This document shows, piece by piece, positions 1 to 11,225 of a DNA stretch of 64,000 nucleotides. The position numbers and the translations under genes were made by a program. Below the pieces are notes generated by a model. The model saw only the letters and a list, made by a program, of their open reading frames with translations, did not search any database and was not told the origin of the DNA. Every line of letters starts with the position of its first letter. The stretch's first letter is position 1. This DNA comes from an uncultured Gemmatimonadaceae bacterium (GTDB lineage Bacteria > Gemmatimonadota > Gemmatimonadetes > Gemmatimonadales > Gemmatimonadaceae): NCBI GenBank assembly GCA_963716745.1, contig OY970320.1, forward strand, positions 2,784,001-2,848,000, in the 5' to 3' direction.

Positions 1-791
1 CGGCTGCCACCACGAAGCCGTTCTGGTTCCAGCTCTACGTCACGCGCGACCGCGACTTCTCCGCCGCGCTCATCGATCGCGCGAAGGCCGCCCGTTGCAG
101 CGCGCTCATGGTCACCATGGATCTCACGGTGCTCGGCCAGCGCCACATGGACATCAAGAACGGACCTCCACGCCACCCAAGCCTACACTTCGCAGCATGA
201 TGAACCTCGCGACGAAGCCGCGCTGGTGCCTCAACATGCTCGGCACCCGGCGGCGCACCTTCGGCAACATCGTCGGTCACGCCAAAGGCGTGGACAGCAT
301 GCACTCGCTGGCCGAGTGGTCGAACGCGCAGCTCGATCCGACGCTGAGCTGGCACGACATCGAATGGATCAAGAAGCGTGGGGCGGTCGCTTGATCATCA
401 AGGGATCCAGGATGTCGATGATGCGAAGCGCGCGGCCGACAGCGGCGCCGATGCGCTGATCGTCAGCAATCACGGCGGCCGTCAACTGGACGGCGCGGAG
501 AGCAGCATTCGCGCGCTGCCCGCGATCGTGAGCGCCGTGGGCTCGAAGCTCGAGATCCACATGGACGGCGGAATCCGCACCGGACACGACGTGCTGAAAG
601 CGCTCGCACTCGGCGCCAAAGGCACCTACATCGGCCGCGCGTGGAACTTCGGACTCGGCGCGCTTGGCGAGGCCGGCGTCACTAGAGTGCTGGAGATCAT
701 CCTCAAGGAACTCGATCTCACGATGGCGTTCTGCGGGCGAACGAACGTGCGGCAGATCGATCGCGGCGTGCTGGTGCCGGGCACCTTCTGA
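1..791 (+). CDS. lldD: FMN-dependent alpha-hydroxy acid dehydrogenase (L-lactate dehydrogenase family), 5' end outside window, frameshifted
   Basis: Joined frames give PFWFQLYV..., LSWHDIEWIKK, SNHGGRQLD, DGGIRTGHDVLKALALGA; frame breaks near 165 and 380-400. Confidence 0.85.
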
Positions 792-830
792 CGTCACTAG
801 ATTCTCCGACACATTTACTTCGGTGGCCCC

Positions 831-1175
831 ATGGACGTTCTCGCGTTGGATACGCAGCTCAACGAGATGATCATCAGCGGCCAGTCGGTCCAGGCGCTTC
901 GTCAACTTTACGCGGAAGACGTGGTCGCACAGGAGAACGATGAGCCGGAGCGGGTCGGCCGTGCGGCGTGGATCGCGGGGCGCGAAGCAACGGAGAAGAT
1001 GATCAAGAACTTCCACGCTCGCGTGCTGGCCCATGCGGCGCAGGGAGACACGTCCTTCTCCGAATGGGAGTACGCCGTCGAGATCGAAGGCATGGGCGCC
1101 ATGAAGATCGCGCAGGTCGCGGTGCGTCGCTGGCGCGACGGCAAAGTCGTCCGCGAGCGGTTCTACCACAAGTAA
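831..1175 (+). CDS. SnoaL/NTF2-like protein
   Basis: 114 aa; LYAEDVVAQEN...SFSEW...QVAVRRWRDGKVVRERFYH pattern. Confidence 0.8.
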   Translation: MDVLALDTQLNEMIISGQSVQALRQLYAEDVVAQENDEPERVGRAAWIAGREATEKMIKNFHARVLAHAAQGDTSFSEWEYAVEIEGMGAMKIAQVAVRRWRDGKVVRERFYHK

Positions 1176-1382
1176 ACAGAGGCCGGCGGCTGACCGTTGA
1201 AACCCGGTTGACACATCCCCCGTAGTTGGCAAGTGTAAGGCACAATCGCTCGCAGACGCGCTGTTAGTAGGGGCCCTCACGGGTGCATTGACAGCGTTGC
1301 ACAATCGGACTCCCTGGCCGTTATCGGCCGGAGTGTACCCGATGTCCGGCCGATGGACCTCACTCGAACCCGAGGATCATCG

Positions 1383-2512
1383 ATGCCGCATCGCCCGTCA
1401 CTCTCCCTGGGTCATAGCGCTGGCCGCCGCCGCGCTCTTCCCTGCGGTGCTCTGCGCAGACCACGAGATCCCGCTCACCGCCGCTGAATGGCAGGCGACG
1501 GATTCGATCCGCTTCGAACACCATCTTGGTGTACCGGCCGTGTACATCAATTCGGGCGTCGCGCTCTCGCGCTCGGCGAGATTGCTCAACGGCATCATCG
1601 AATTCGACATCGCGGCCGTTGATAAATCCACGAACATGGGGATTCGTTCCGCGCGACGGATGCCGAGAACGCCGAAGTGGTGTTCTTTCGCCCTGGCGCG
1701 AGCGGGAGCCAGACGAGGCGATGCAGTATGCGCCGTCGATCAATTCGATCCCGGCCGCGTGGCAGCTCTTCTACGGCCCCGGTTCGACGGCGAACGTTTC
1801 GGTCCCGCGAAATCAGTGGATCCACGTGCGCGTTCGAGTGTTCGGCGATCGGCCGCGGTGTACTGGATCGTGATACCGCGGCCGCGCTCGTGATCCCGCG
1901 CCTTGCCGCCAATCCAGGCGGCGAAAGAATAGGCCTCTGGGGGAGCGGGTTCGGCCAGGGCGCGTGGTACGCGAACATGTCGTACACGCCGGACGCGCGA
2001 AACCACGCGCATGTGGCGCCAAGAGCTCCACCGGTTCGCTCGATCAATGGGAGATTCGCAGGCGATCGATGCCTCCACGGCTCGTTCCAGGCGTCATGCC
2101 GGCCGCCGCGACGCTCAAGTGGGACTCGTTCGCGCCGATCCCGATGGCATGGTGATCATCGGATCGTCTCCGGCGCCGCCGAACGTGTTCCATTATGGCA
2201 TCAAGGACTCCGTGCTTCTCGACAACCGCGTGCCCAAGTCGAGGGGGTGTTCGCGCCGCGACGATCACGGTCCGCGCCGACACCACCGTGATTCTCGATG
2301 CGGTTCAGCGACAAGCGGTGATCTTCCTCGCGCGGCCGCCCGCTGTTCAGCGGCATCCGCGCGTCGGGCTCGGCCGACTCGGCTCCTTCGAGCCACTCGG
2401 CAGGCGCTCTTCCTCCCGCTGCACGCCGGAGCAAACACGCTACCTCTGCCGTCCACGAGTTCTTCGGCGGCTGGCGCTGGGCGCGGGACTGCGCGCCGCG
2501 CCGAACCGCTGA
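1383..2512 (+). CDS. Secreted hypothetical protein (beta-sandwich-like), multiple frameshifts
   Basis: Signal-like N-terminus; in-register fragments IEFDIAA, MQYAP, NQWIHVRVRV, YANMSYTP, FLPLHAGANTL, HEFFGGWRW in different frames. Confidence 0.55.
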
Positions 2513-2517
2513 CGCGT

Positions 2518-3344
2518 ATGAAAATGCGCATACAAAATTATCTTCTCGCCGCAACGCTGCTCGCCGCGAGTTCTCAGGATCGCCAGGTCACAGAGTGCGG
2601 ATGCTGGACGGTGCATTCGCCGGCGTGACCTTGATGTGCGGCTCACATCCTCACCAGCAAGACGAGCGGACACGCGCCAGCTGCGCATGCTCTTGCGATG
2701 GTTAGACGATCGGCAAACCGCGAAAAAGGGTACGGGTGTTGTACCTCGCCGACGGTCAGAATCTGTTCGACCCGCGACGGCGTGTTCGGCCGCGCCAAGG
2801 CATGTCGACACGTCCATGATCTGGTCGAGACACATCAGATCCTGCCGATGATCGTCGTCGGCGTCGACGATGCCGGGCATCGGGACGCGATCACGAGTAT
2901 CTCGTGGCCCGACAGTGCCACGGCGCAGGTCGACGCGAGCTACGGTCCCGGGAGGGAAGAATATCGGCGTCCTGATCGACAAGTGATGCCATCGATGGAC
3001 AAGACGTATCGCTCGCTGACCATCGCGCACACCGGGATCGGCGGTACGTCCTACGGCGGCGTCATCAGCTGCTAAGGTGGAAGACGCCCCAGCGTATTCG
3101 GCGGCTGCTCGCGGAGAGCACGGTACTCCGTGTGAACGGCTTCCAGTTGATCGCGATCGCGCCCGGCGTGCGCGTGTCGCCCGAACATGTATTTTCCTGG
3201 CGGTGGGCACGAAAGGTAGCCGCCGGCTGCGATGCGTCGAAGCGGCCCGCTGCGGCGACACCACGGTCCTTTCGATACGATGGTGACCGGCGCGCTGCGC
3301 ATGCACGCCGCTCCGGGCGCGCCGGACTGACTCGGCTCGGCTGA
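2518..3344 (+). CDS. Alpha/beta hydrolase (putative esterase family), multiple frameshifts
   Basis: Fragments VLYLADGQNLFD, PMIVVGVD, VMPSMDKTYR and nucleophile elbow GIGGTSYGG. Confidence 0.7.
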
Positions 3345-3430
3345 GGCCGCCGTTCCCCCTGCACGACGCACACGGCCGGAGCCTGGGCGGCACAACTGCC
3401 CGGCGCGCTCGTCTTTCTTTCGCAAGGTAG

Positions 3431-4626
3431 ATGCTCGACTGATGCTGGTCAGCGGACTGTCGATGGGCCGATGTTGCTAACTCCCCGCGTGCGGCTCACC
3501 GCCGGGCGGCCTACCGCTACCTCGCGCTCCTTGCCACGACACGATCACGATCAGTCCGACACACGAACAGGCCCACCAGTCGTGAGCGACAGGGGGACCG
3601 GTTCCCCGCGTGCGACGTCGTCACACGGTAATCACGCTGCAGCCGATGGGAAGAATAGAGCACCTCACGATCGATATCCGGACGCCGAGCGGATCGGCCG
3701 GCGAGAAACCTCGGCACGTCGTCGCGCATCCACCAAGGACTCCGTCATCATCAGCAGAAGAGGCACGGCCGACAAACGCATCGCCTTCGCGAAGGCGGCG
3801 CGCTCGCGATGCCGGACCTGCCGCATATGTACGGTCTCACCGATCTGTACTTCGCTGCCGCGCTCGCCCGCGCGCCGCAACAGCCGCCGGCGGCCGGTAC
3901 GCAGATCAAGCTGCACCAGTACTACATCGACCGGGAATTCGACCGCTCCCATTGCACGAGGGTATCGTGCGTGTGAAGGGCGACGGCAAGCTCGACTGGA
4001 GCACGACTGGCTCGCGGCTACGGCGACGCGACGGTGGACTCGAGCCGGCATATGCTCACGTACAATGGCGCGCGCAGCACGTACAAGGTGGAAGTCACTC
4101 GGCTAAGGCGAACCACTCCCGGACATCGAAGCGATCGGCGGCGGTTCGCGGCGCTCGAAACGAGTCAGGGCGGAATGAAGCAGCTGAGCTGCGCGACACC
4201 GCGCGCGCGACGATGGCAAGGCAGTCCTGTGGGTCGATTAGGACGGCCGCTCGCGCGCGGGCGCCAGCTGCTTGGCGGCATCATCCCGTACGGCGAAATG
4301 TGGCGCACCGGCGCGAACGCGGCCACGCAATTCTCAACGTCAGCCCCGGTCACGCTCGCCGGCATGAAGCTCGCGCCCGGATGTACACGCTGTGGACCGT
4401 GCCGAGTGCGACCGGAGTCGAGCTGATCGTGAACAAACAATCGGGCAGTGGGGAACGGGCTACGATCCGCAATTCGACCTCGGCAAATCGCCGATGACCA
4501 CCGCGGCGGCCAAGACGCCGGTGGAGAAATTCACGGTCTCGATCGTTCCGGTGGACTGCGAATCACGGCACACTCGTGCTGGAGTGGGGACCGTTCCGTT
4601 GGACCGCGCCGATCGTGTCGCCGTAG
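3431..4626 (+). CDS. DUF2911-domain secreted protein, multiple frameshifts
   Basis: RPLARGRQLLGGIIPYGEMWRTGANAATQF, YTLWTVP, LIVNKQSGQWGT.YD; paralog of 18870..20057. Confidence 0.75.
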
Positions 4627-4699
4627 CCGCGCTGAGTTGGCGCCGCGGGGCTGCTTGTAGTACGATCAGTCCGCTCGTCCATACACTCAGGAGAGCGAA

Positions 4700-5135
4700 A
4701 TGGAGTTCGGAAAGGCGGACAGATCCTTGGTTCGAGCGGGATTCGTCCTCTTCGCGCTCGCGCTGCTGACGGGCTTTGCCATACCGGCGTTCCTCAATCA
4801 GAAGATGGCCGTTGCAGCCCATCTCTCGGGGATCATGAACGCGCTCATCTCTGATGGCGCTCGGTCTCGCCTGGGGTCTTCTCACCGTTAGCTCCATTGC
4901 AAGCGAAGTTCACACGAGGACTCTTTCTTTTCGGCAATTCGCCAATCGGGCTACCGGTTGTCTGGCCGCCGCCTGGGGAACGAGTCACCTGACGCCTCTG
5001 TCGGGCGCTGGGTATGGCGCCGTGCCGTGGAAGGAGGCGGTCGTGCAGGCACTTCAAGTCTCCGTCACGCTCGCGATCCTCGCCGGGGCGGTCTTGGTGG
5101 TCTACGCACTTCGCTCAAAGCCGAACTCCGCATGA
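4700..5135 (+). CDS. Four-TM membrane protein (styrene oxide isomerase StyC-like), one frameshift
   Basis: GFVLFALALLTGFAIPAF.N.KMAVAAHLSGIMN, LAAAWGT...TPLSGAG; frame break near 4850. Confidence 0.55.
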
Positions 5136-5217
5136 CCCGCAACGCCACAGATCGTGCAGCTCGCGTCACGATCACCTCATCGAGTGGCCGATAAACGTGA
5201 GAAAGGAGACGTCTATC

Positions 5218-5756
5218 ATGAAGAGCAAGAACACTCTGATGGTCTTGGTCGCGAGCGCATCGCTCGCCACGATCGGCTTCGCCGTCTACGCGCAACAGAA
5301 GTTCGACAAGTACGCGCTGGTATCGCCGAGCGGGATCAAGTACGCCGACTTCCGGGGGTATGAGGACTGGGCCGTGGTCTCCCTGGCGCGCACCGATGAG
5401 GTGCTCAAGGTGATCGTCGCCAACCCGGAGATGATCAAGGCGTACAAGGCCGGCGCGCCGGGCAATGGCAAGCCGTTCCCGGAAGGCAGCAAGATCGCGA
5501 AGCTCCAGTGGAGCTTCAAGAAGAGCACGGAGGCCCCCTTCGTAGTTGATGTTCCGAAGGCACCGACACAGGCCTTCTTCATGGAGAAGAACAGCAAGCG
5601 ATTCCCGCTCACCGGCGGTTGGGGATATGCGGTGTTGAACCACGACGTCGCGAACGGCACGATGACAGTCGACTCGGCCAAAGCGGATTGCGGACAGTCG
5701 TGCCATGTGGCGGTGAAGAGCAAGGACTACATCTCCATCCGTACCAGGTGCGGTGA
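5218..5756 (+). CDS. Cytochrome P460 family protein
   Basis: Signal peptide, FRGYEDW, FPEGSKIAKLQW, GGWGYA, CGQSCH; a 1-nt loss near 5735 hides the likely natural end KDYI(F)HPYQVR-stop. Confidence 0.8.
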
Positions 5757-5766
5757 GAGGGGCCGC

Positions 5767-5997
5767 GTGCGCCGATTAGGCCAGATCCTCACGATCCTCG
5801 GCGCGATCGTCGGGATCGGCGCCGCGCTCGCCATGATCTTACCTGTCGAACTCGCCGGCGTCTCGTGGCTCATCGCTGTGGGACTCTTGAAGCTCACGCT
5901 CGCCGCATCATTGGGGATGATCGCTGGAGGGGCAGTGCTCCAGCGGATCGCGCGGCGCACGGAAGAGCGCGAACGACTATTGCCGCCAGCTGATTAA
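5767..5997 (+). CDS. Small two-TM membrane protein
   Basis: GTG start after GAGAGG; two hydrophobic helices; fused to P460 in the ORF track by the indel. Confidence 0.55.
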   Translation: MRRLGQILTILGAIVGIGAALAMILPVELAGVSWLIAVGLLKLTLAASLGMIAGGAVLQRIARRTEERERLLPPAD

Positions 5998-7643
5998 CCG
6001 CGCGCCCGGAACGCCTCCACCGCCTGGCTCAGCGTGAAGTGCATCCTCTCCCGCCCGAGCAGATCGCCGAGCGACGTGCGCTGTACCTGAGCCAGCGCCT
6101 CGGGGCTCAGTCGCGCGAGCCAGAGCTCCATGCCGTCCGCGCGCAGACGCTCCTCCGCATCGGTGAGCGCCATGAGCGCGGTGTACTCGAAGCCCACAAT
6201 GCCGCTGCAGTCTACGAGCACCACTCTCGGCCGCTCGGCGAGAATGATGGGCCACATCTTGTCGCCGATGAATTCCACGTTGGCGAAATGGATGCGGCCA
6301 TCGGTGCGCACGATCAGCAGCCCCGGCACTCTCTCGTCTTCGGGATGCTCGGAAGAAATGGGCCGGAAGAAATCGGTGCCCGGCTTGCGCGCCATCACGT
6401 ACACCGGCGGATGCGACGCGAGATAGATGAGCGCCACCAATGAGAGCGCGACGGCCACGAGAATGCCGTTCAGCGTGCCGAGCACTATGACGCCGGCGCA
6501 CGCGGCAACGGTCCAGGTGAATTCCACCACGCGATAGCGCTTGATCGCACGGAAGCTCGCGATGCTGATGAGCGGCAGCGACGTGACGATCACCACCGCC
6601 GCGAGCGCCGCTTGTGGCATCAGCGCGAGCACGGGCGACAGGAACAGCAGCGTCGCCGCGCCCGTGAGCGCCGTGACGAGTCCCGCCATCTGCGTTCGCG
6701 CGCCGGCGTGACGGTTCACCGCTGTTTGCGATGTGCCGCCGCCCGCGGGCATCCCGCCGAAGAATCCCGCGGCCACGTTCGCCGCGCCGGTCGCGAACAG
6801 CTCGACGTTCGGCTGCGGCCGCGGCTCGCCCTTCTCGGCGAACGCGCGCCCCGCGGCGATCGTCTCGGTGAAACTCATGAGCGCGATGCCGAGCGCGCCG
6901 GGCCACAGTATTCGCACGAGCGCGAGGTTCGGCATCGCGAAGCCCGGCAGTCCGGCGGGGATCGCGCCGACGACTGAGACGCCCGACGCCTGGAGCCCCA
7001 TGAATGCGGAGACGGCGATCGCGGCGCCGATCGCGATGAGCGGAGCGGGGGAGCGTGGCAGGAAATGCTCGAGACCCACGAGCAGCGCGGCGGTGAGCAC
7101 CGCGATCATCGCGGTGGGCGCCGAGACGTGGCCGAGCTGCCCTATGGTGGCGAGCAGATTGTGCAGCCAGCCGGCCTTGTCGATGTGAACGCCGAAGAAT
7201 TTCGGCAGTTGGTCCACGACGATCACGAGGCCGATACCCGCCTTGAATCCGACGAGCACCGGATCGGAGATGAATTTCGCGAGGAATCCGAGGCGCAGGA
7301 GTCCCGCGAGCGCGAGCACGACGCCGGTGAGCGCAGCGAGTGTGACGGCGGCTGCGATGAGCCCGGCCGCGTCGCCGTCGGGCACCGCGCGCGCGAGTTC
7401 GGCGGCGGTGAGGATCGCGATGGTCGTCGTGGTGCTCACGCTCAGCGGGCGCGAGGTGCCGAGGAACGCATACACGAGCATTGGAACGACGGCAGTGTAC
7501 AACCCTACTTGAACCGGGAGCCCGGCAATCGTCGCGTAAGCCATCGCCTTGGGCAGCACCACCGCGGCGGTGGTGAGACCTGCCACGACATCGGCGCGGA
7601 TCGTCGTGCGCCACGGGACGCCCGGAGGCAAAAAGGCTCGCAT
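5994..7643 (-). CDS. sulP: SulP family inorganic anion transporter with STAS domain
   Basis: DVVAGLTTAAVVLPKAMAYATIAGLPVQVGLYT signature; C-terminal STAS (GRIHFAN, VLVDCS). Confidence 0.93.
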   Translation of the reverse strand: MRAFLPPGVPWRTTIRADVVAGLTTAAVVLPKAMAYATIAGLPVQVGLYTAVVPMLVYAFLGTSRPLSVSTTTTIAILTAAELARAVPDGDAAGLIAAAVTLAALTGVVLALAGLLRLGFLAKFISDPVLVGFKAGIGLVIVVDQLPKFFGVHIDKAGWLHNLLATIGQLGHVSAPTAMIAVLTAALLVGLEHFLPRSPAPLIAIGAAIAVSAFMGLQASGVSVVGAIPAGLPGFAMPNLALVRILWPGALGIALMSFTETIAAGRAFAEKGEPRPQPNVELFATGAANVAAGFFGGMPAGGGTSQTAVNRHAGARTQMAGLVTALTGAATLLFLSPVLALMPQAALAAVVIVTSLPLISIASFRAIKRYRVVEFTWTVAACAGVIVLGTLNGILVAVALSLVALIYLASHPPVYVMARKPGTDFFRPISSEHPEDERVPGLLIVRTDGRIHFANVEFIGDKMWPIILAERPRVVLVDCSGIVGFEYTALMALTDAEERLRADGMELWLARLSPEALAQVQRTSLGDLLGRERMHFTLSQAVEAFRARG

Positions 7644-7783
7644 GGTGGTCGAAGCTATCGCACGGCGCCGACTCGGGATAGGACTTTCGTTCCGCTTGCG
7701 TGAGCCGAACCGGCCTTTCATAGTTCGCTCAATCGGCAGCGCCTCACGATGGCAACTCTGAAAACGGAGGCTCTATGGGAGTG

Positions 7784-8251
7784 ATGCGTCGCGTCACCTA
7801 TGGGCTGGGACTTATCGCCGCAGTGGCCATCCCCACGATCGCCGCCAGCGCGCAGGATGCCGCGTCGAGCAGCCCCACCGGACTGGGCTTCGGCGTCAAT
7901 CTCGGCTTCGGCATCAATCCGAACGAGATCGTCATCGGCGCGCAGTACGCGCTGGGCAAACCGGTGGGCATGTTCCGGATGGTCCCCAATGCGCATGTGG
8001 GCTTCGACGCGGGTGCGACCGTAGACGTCGGCTGGGACTTCCTGGCCCGCTTCAAGGCGAAGGACTCGGATTTCAGCTTCTACGCCGGTGCGTCACCCAC
8101 GGTCACCTTCGGAAGTTCTACCAATCTTGGCGGCACGATCGTCGCGGGAATGCAGGTCCCCATGATCGCGAAGAAGGCGACGGAGCTCGAGGCGCGCTTC
8201 GGATTCGCCGGGGCGCCGAACTTCCGGTTGCTGCTGACGCTGGTCTTGTGA
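7784..8251 (+). CDS. Putative small outer-membrane beta-barrel protein
   Basis: Signal peptide (AASAQ), alternating hydrophobic strands, GGAGG RBS upstream. Confidence 0.6.
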   Translation: MRRVTYGLGLIAAVAIPTIAASAQDAASSSPTGLGFGVNLGFGINPNEIVIGAQYALGKPVGMFRMVPNAHVGFDAGATVDVGWDFLARFKAKDSDFSFYAGASPTVTFGSSTNLGGTIVAGMQVPMIAKKATELEARFGFAGAPNFRLLLTLVL

Positions 8252-8274
8252 TCGCGACCTGAGTCGATGGAACC

Positions 8275-8304
8275 CACGGGCCCGGGAGCGATCGCGGGCC
8301 CGTG
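8275..8304. terminator. GC-rich hairpin, possible terminator
   Basis: CACGGGCCCG-N10-CGGGCCCGTG perfect 10-bp stem after the stop at 8251; no clear U-tract. Confidence 0.4.
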
Positions 8305-8327
8305 ACTTACTCACAGAGGGAAATGCC

Positions 8328-8641
8328 ATGCGTTGGTACCACTATCTTGCGTATTTCTTCGCCGGTGCATTCCTTGCGAACGCGATCCCGCATTTCGTGA
8401 ACGGCGTCTCGGGGAATCCCTTCCAGAGTCCATTTGCCTCGCCGCCGGGTGTCGGGCTGTCCAGTTCCACTTCGAATGTTCTTTGGGGTTCGTCAACATC
8501 GTCGTCGGGTACCTTCTGGTGTGTCGCGTCGGCAACTTCGATCTGCGAAAGACGCCGCACGCGCTGACGTTCGGCGCCGGCGCTCTGGTCATGGCGATCA
8601 TGCTCGCCCGCGTCTTCGGCCGGTTGCATGGCGGCTTGTGA
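8328..8641 (+). CDS. Small conserved membrane protein, one frameshift
   Basis: MRWYHYLAYFFAGAFLANAIPHFVNGVSG.PFQSPFA.PPG.GLSS...NVLWG continues in another frame as FVNIVVGYLLV. Confidence 0.7.
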
Positions 8642-8717
8642 GGCCAGGCTGATCTGGCGCTCGCGCTATCGGCCGGCCGCCATTGAATCACCGGCCCGAG
8701 TGCGCTAGCGTTTCGGC

Positions 8718-9053
8718 ATGACTTCTCCTCCTTCGACCACCCGATTCTGGCTCTCGCAGTGCGTTCCGCTGGGCGTTCTCGCCGCCGTTGCGAGTGCGAT
8801 CCCCGGGCAGATCGATCACGCGCTCACATCACTGCCGTCCAGTGTGGCGGCGTTCATCTCCGAACTCGTAGCACTGCTCTGTCTCCCAGGCGGGATGCTC
8901 GCGGTCGTCGTGTCGCATAATCCGCACGTCGATACGACATCGTTCCCATATCCGGCGCTCACGTTCTTTGCGTCGGGACTCTGTTGGGGAACGCTGCTCT
9001 TCGGCTTGCGGAGCGTGTTCCGGATGATGCGGCCGAGTCCTGCGCGGGGCTGA
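8718..9053 (+). CDS. Hypothetical membrane protein
   Basis: Three hydrophobic segments; TAGCGT-N6-ATG upstream. Confidence 0.55.
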   Translation: MTSPPSTTRFWLSQCVPLGVLAAVASAIPGQIDHALTSLPSSVAAFISELVALLCLPGGMLAVVVSHNPHVDTTSFPYPALTFFASGLCWGTLLFGLRSVFRMMRPSPARG

Positions 9054-9064
9054 GCACACGTTGA

Positions 9065-9460
9065 ATGCGATCCGAGCGATGGTCGGTCGCACCGGGTTTC
9101 CTCGTGCATGACGTGATCGTTACTGCGAACTACTACCGCGACACCCTTGGCTTCAAGTACGATCGCTTCTGGGGTGAGCCGCCATCGTTCTGCATGGTGA
9201 GGCGCGGCGGCGTCACGATCATGCTCGCGCAGGTGGAACGTGAAGTGCCGGTGCGGCCGAACAACCTCGCGCCGCGCGAGGGCGGGGCATGGGACTGCTA
9301 CGTGTGGATCGAGGACGCCGACGCGCTGCACGCCGAGTTCGCCGCGAAAGGCGCGAACATCGCGCGGGAGATCTGCGACCAGGAATATGGTTGCCGCGAC
9401 TTCGACATCCTCGACTGTAACGGCTATCGCATCTGCTTCGGACAGGACATCTCATCGTGA
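9065..9460 (+). CDS. VOC/glyoxalase (bleomycin-resistance-like) protein
   Basis: YYRDTLGF, YVWIEDADALHAEF, YGCRDFDILDCNGYRICFGQ. Confidence 0.88.
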   Translation: MRSERWSVAPGFLVHDVIVTANYYRDTLGFKYDRFWGEPPSFCMVRRGGVTIMLAQVEREVPVRPNNLAPREGGAWDCYVWIEDADALHAEFAAKGANIAREICDQEYGCRDFDILDCNGYRICFGQDISS

Positions 9461-9819
9461 GCGCGAGGGCGCCGCTCGCGGCGATGGGCCAGCTGGTGCC
9501 GGAGTTGCCCGTCGCCGACGTCGAGCGCGCGCAGCGGCACTACCGCGATGTGCTCGGCTTCGAGATCGGCTGGCTCTATCCCGATAAGCAGATCGGAGCC
9601 GTTTCGCGCGGGAAGGTCGCGATCTTCTTCCGTCGCAGAGACGAACCATTCGAACCCGCGATCCAGTGGGTGTATGCGGAGGACATCGAGGCGTCGTACA
9701 CGGAGCTGCAAGCCTCGGGCGCGAACATCGTGGAGCCGCTGGAGCTGAAGCCGTGGGGGCTGACGCAGTTCACCGTCGCGGATCTGGACGGGAACCGGTT
9801 CTATTTCCATCACGACTGA
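9457..9819 (+). CDS. VOC/glyoxalase (bleomycin-resistance-like) protein
   Basis: PELPVADVERAQRHYRDVLGF, KPWGLTQFTVADLDGNRF. Confidence 0.88.
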   Translation: MSARAPLAAMGQLVPELPVADVERAQRHYRDVLGFEIGWLYPDKQIGAVSRGKVAIFFRRRDEPFEPAIQWVYAEDIEASYTELQASGANIVEPLELKPWGLTQFTVADLDGNRFYFHHD

Positions 9820-9926
9820 GTGCCCACGCCGCGCCGGATGAGCGCGGATTGCGCATGGTTCCTGGCGCGAACAGTATTAGCGGCGCGGTTGCCGGCCTAA
9901 CTCAACTTCGCGAAAGGACCACGCAA

Positions 9927-11205
9927 ATGAACACACCGTTCAGGGCACAGCTTTGTGTGTGCGCCGCACTTCTCGCGCTCGCGCCGAGCGCGCGAGCGCA
10001 GGCGCCCAAGGAGCCGAGTTGGCCGCAGCCGTTCCAGGTGCTTCAGGGTGAGAATGCGAGCTTCGGGTTCGTCGTGTCGCAGCCGGGGCCGATCTCGGTG
10101 AATGTGACGTCGCAGGGTACGCCCGTGTCGGTGGAGCTCTCGGGCCCCATCGCGCAGCCCATGCGAAAGTCGGGCACGGGCGCGATCAACATCACCGTTG
10201 CCGCGACCGCGGCGGATGTGCAGAAGAGTGAGATCTGGCTGGTGCGCATTTCGGCCGCGAGTCCGGCGCAGCCCAGTGAAGAACCACGCGCCGCAGGTGG
10301 TGGCCTCCGGGACGATCAGCGTGCAACATCCGCCGGGCAAGATGTCCATCGCGGCGAAGCCGGGGCCGCATCGCGCGGCGGCGCCGACGCACGCCGCGAT
10401 CGCGCCATCGTCGGGTGCCGCGTCTCTGATCGCGGCGTACGAGGCGCGACCTGGCGGCGAAGCAGAAGGCGGAGCAAGAGCGGCTGCAGCGGCTGGTCTC
10501 CGCGACGCCGGTCGCGGCCAGTGCGACGCGCATGCCGCTCAAGCGCACGGCGTCAGTTCCGAAGATCACTTCGCTCAGCGTGAGCAGTGGGCAGCCCAAC
10601 GATTACTTGCTGATCCACGGCGTCGATCTTGGCCGCGACGGTGAAGTGCATTTCGTCGTGGCGCCGAGTATGGATCTGAAAACAATGGCCGATGCCTTCG
10701 GCGACACGTTGATCATGGTCCATGTCCCCACGGTCACGGGGGTCGGCCCGTACTCCGGTCAGATCTATGTGAAGCTGACCGGGCAGCATCCCGCGCAGAC
10801 CAATGCGCTCCCCTTCGCGTTCGTCCCGACTATGGACTTCGTCGATCTGCGCCCGAACGTGAGCGATCCCGATGCCCGGATCGACCACACGGCGCTCGCC
10901 TCGGTGTGTCCGGCGGACGGTGGCGTTTGCAGGGATGGGAGCGGCGACTTCCTGGGCCACAAGGGCGATGACATCTTTTATGCGACGAAGATGTTGAAGG
11001 GCGGGTGGGTGGTGCAGGAGGCGAACGCCAACGCGCCATGGCAGGTCGAGGGTTTCGGTTCGGCGGGCAACGATGTGGTCGATAGCCGTCCGTGGCACGA
11101 GCATACCCGTACGCCAAGGTCCATTGGTGGATCGATGCGCTGACCAGTTCGAACTATGCTATCGTCGTGGTCATCAAGGGGCCGAAAGGACTTCCGTATC
11201 AGTGA
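9927..11205 (+). CDS. Secreted protein with IPT/TIG-like domain (tandem paralog 1), frameshifted
   Basis: Signal peptide ARAQ; EPSWPQPF...QPGPISV; ITSLSVSSGQPND; ends YAKVHWW...GPKGLPYQ. Confidence 0.65.
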
Positions 11206-11225
11206 TTCTCCCACAAGGGGGGCTG

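Noticed and set aside
5014..5997. 327-aa cytochrome P460-membrane protein fusion in the ORF track
   Set aside because: A 1-nt loss near 5735 explains the read-through; the natural P460 end and a separate RBS/GTG are visible.
9862..9880. Sigma-54 promoter upstream of the tandem paralogs (TGGCGCG...)
   Set aside because: No GC at the -12 position (GG-N10 is followed by AT).
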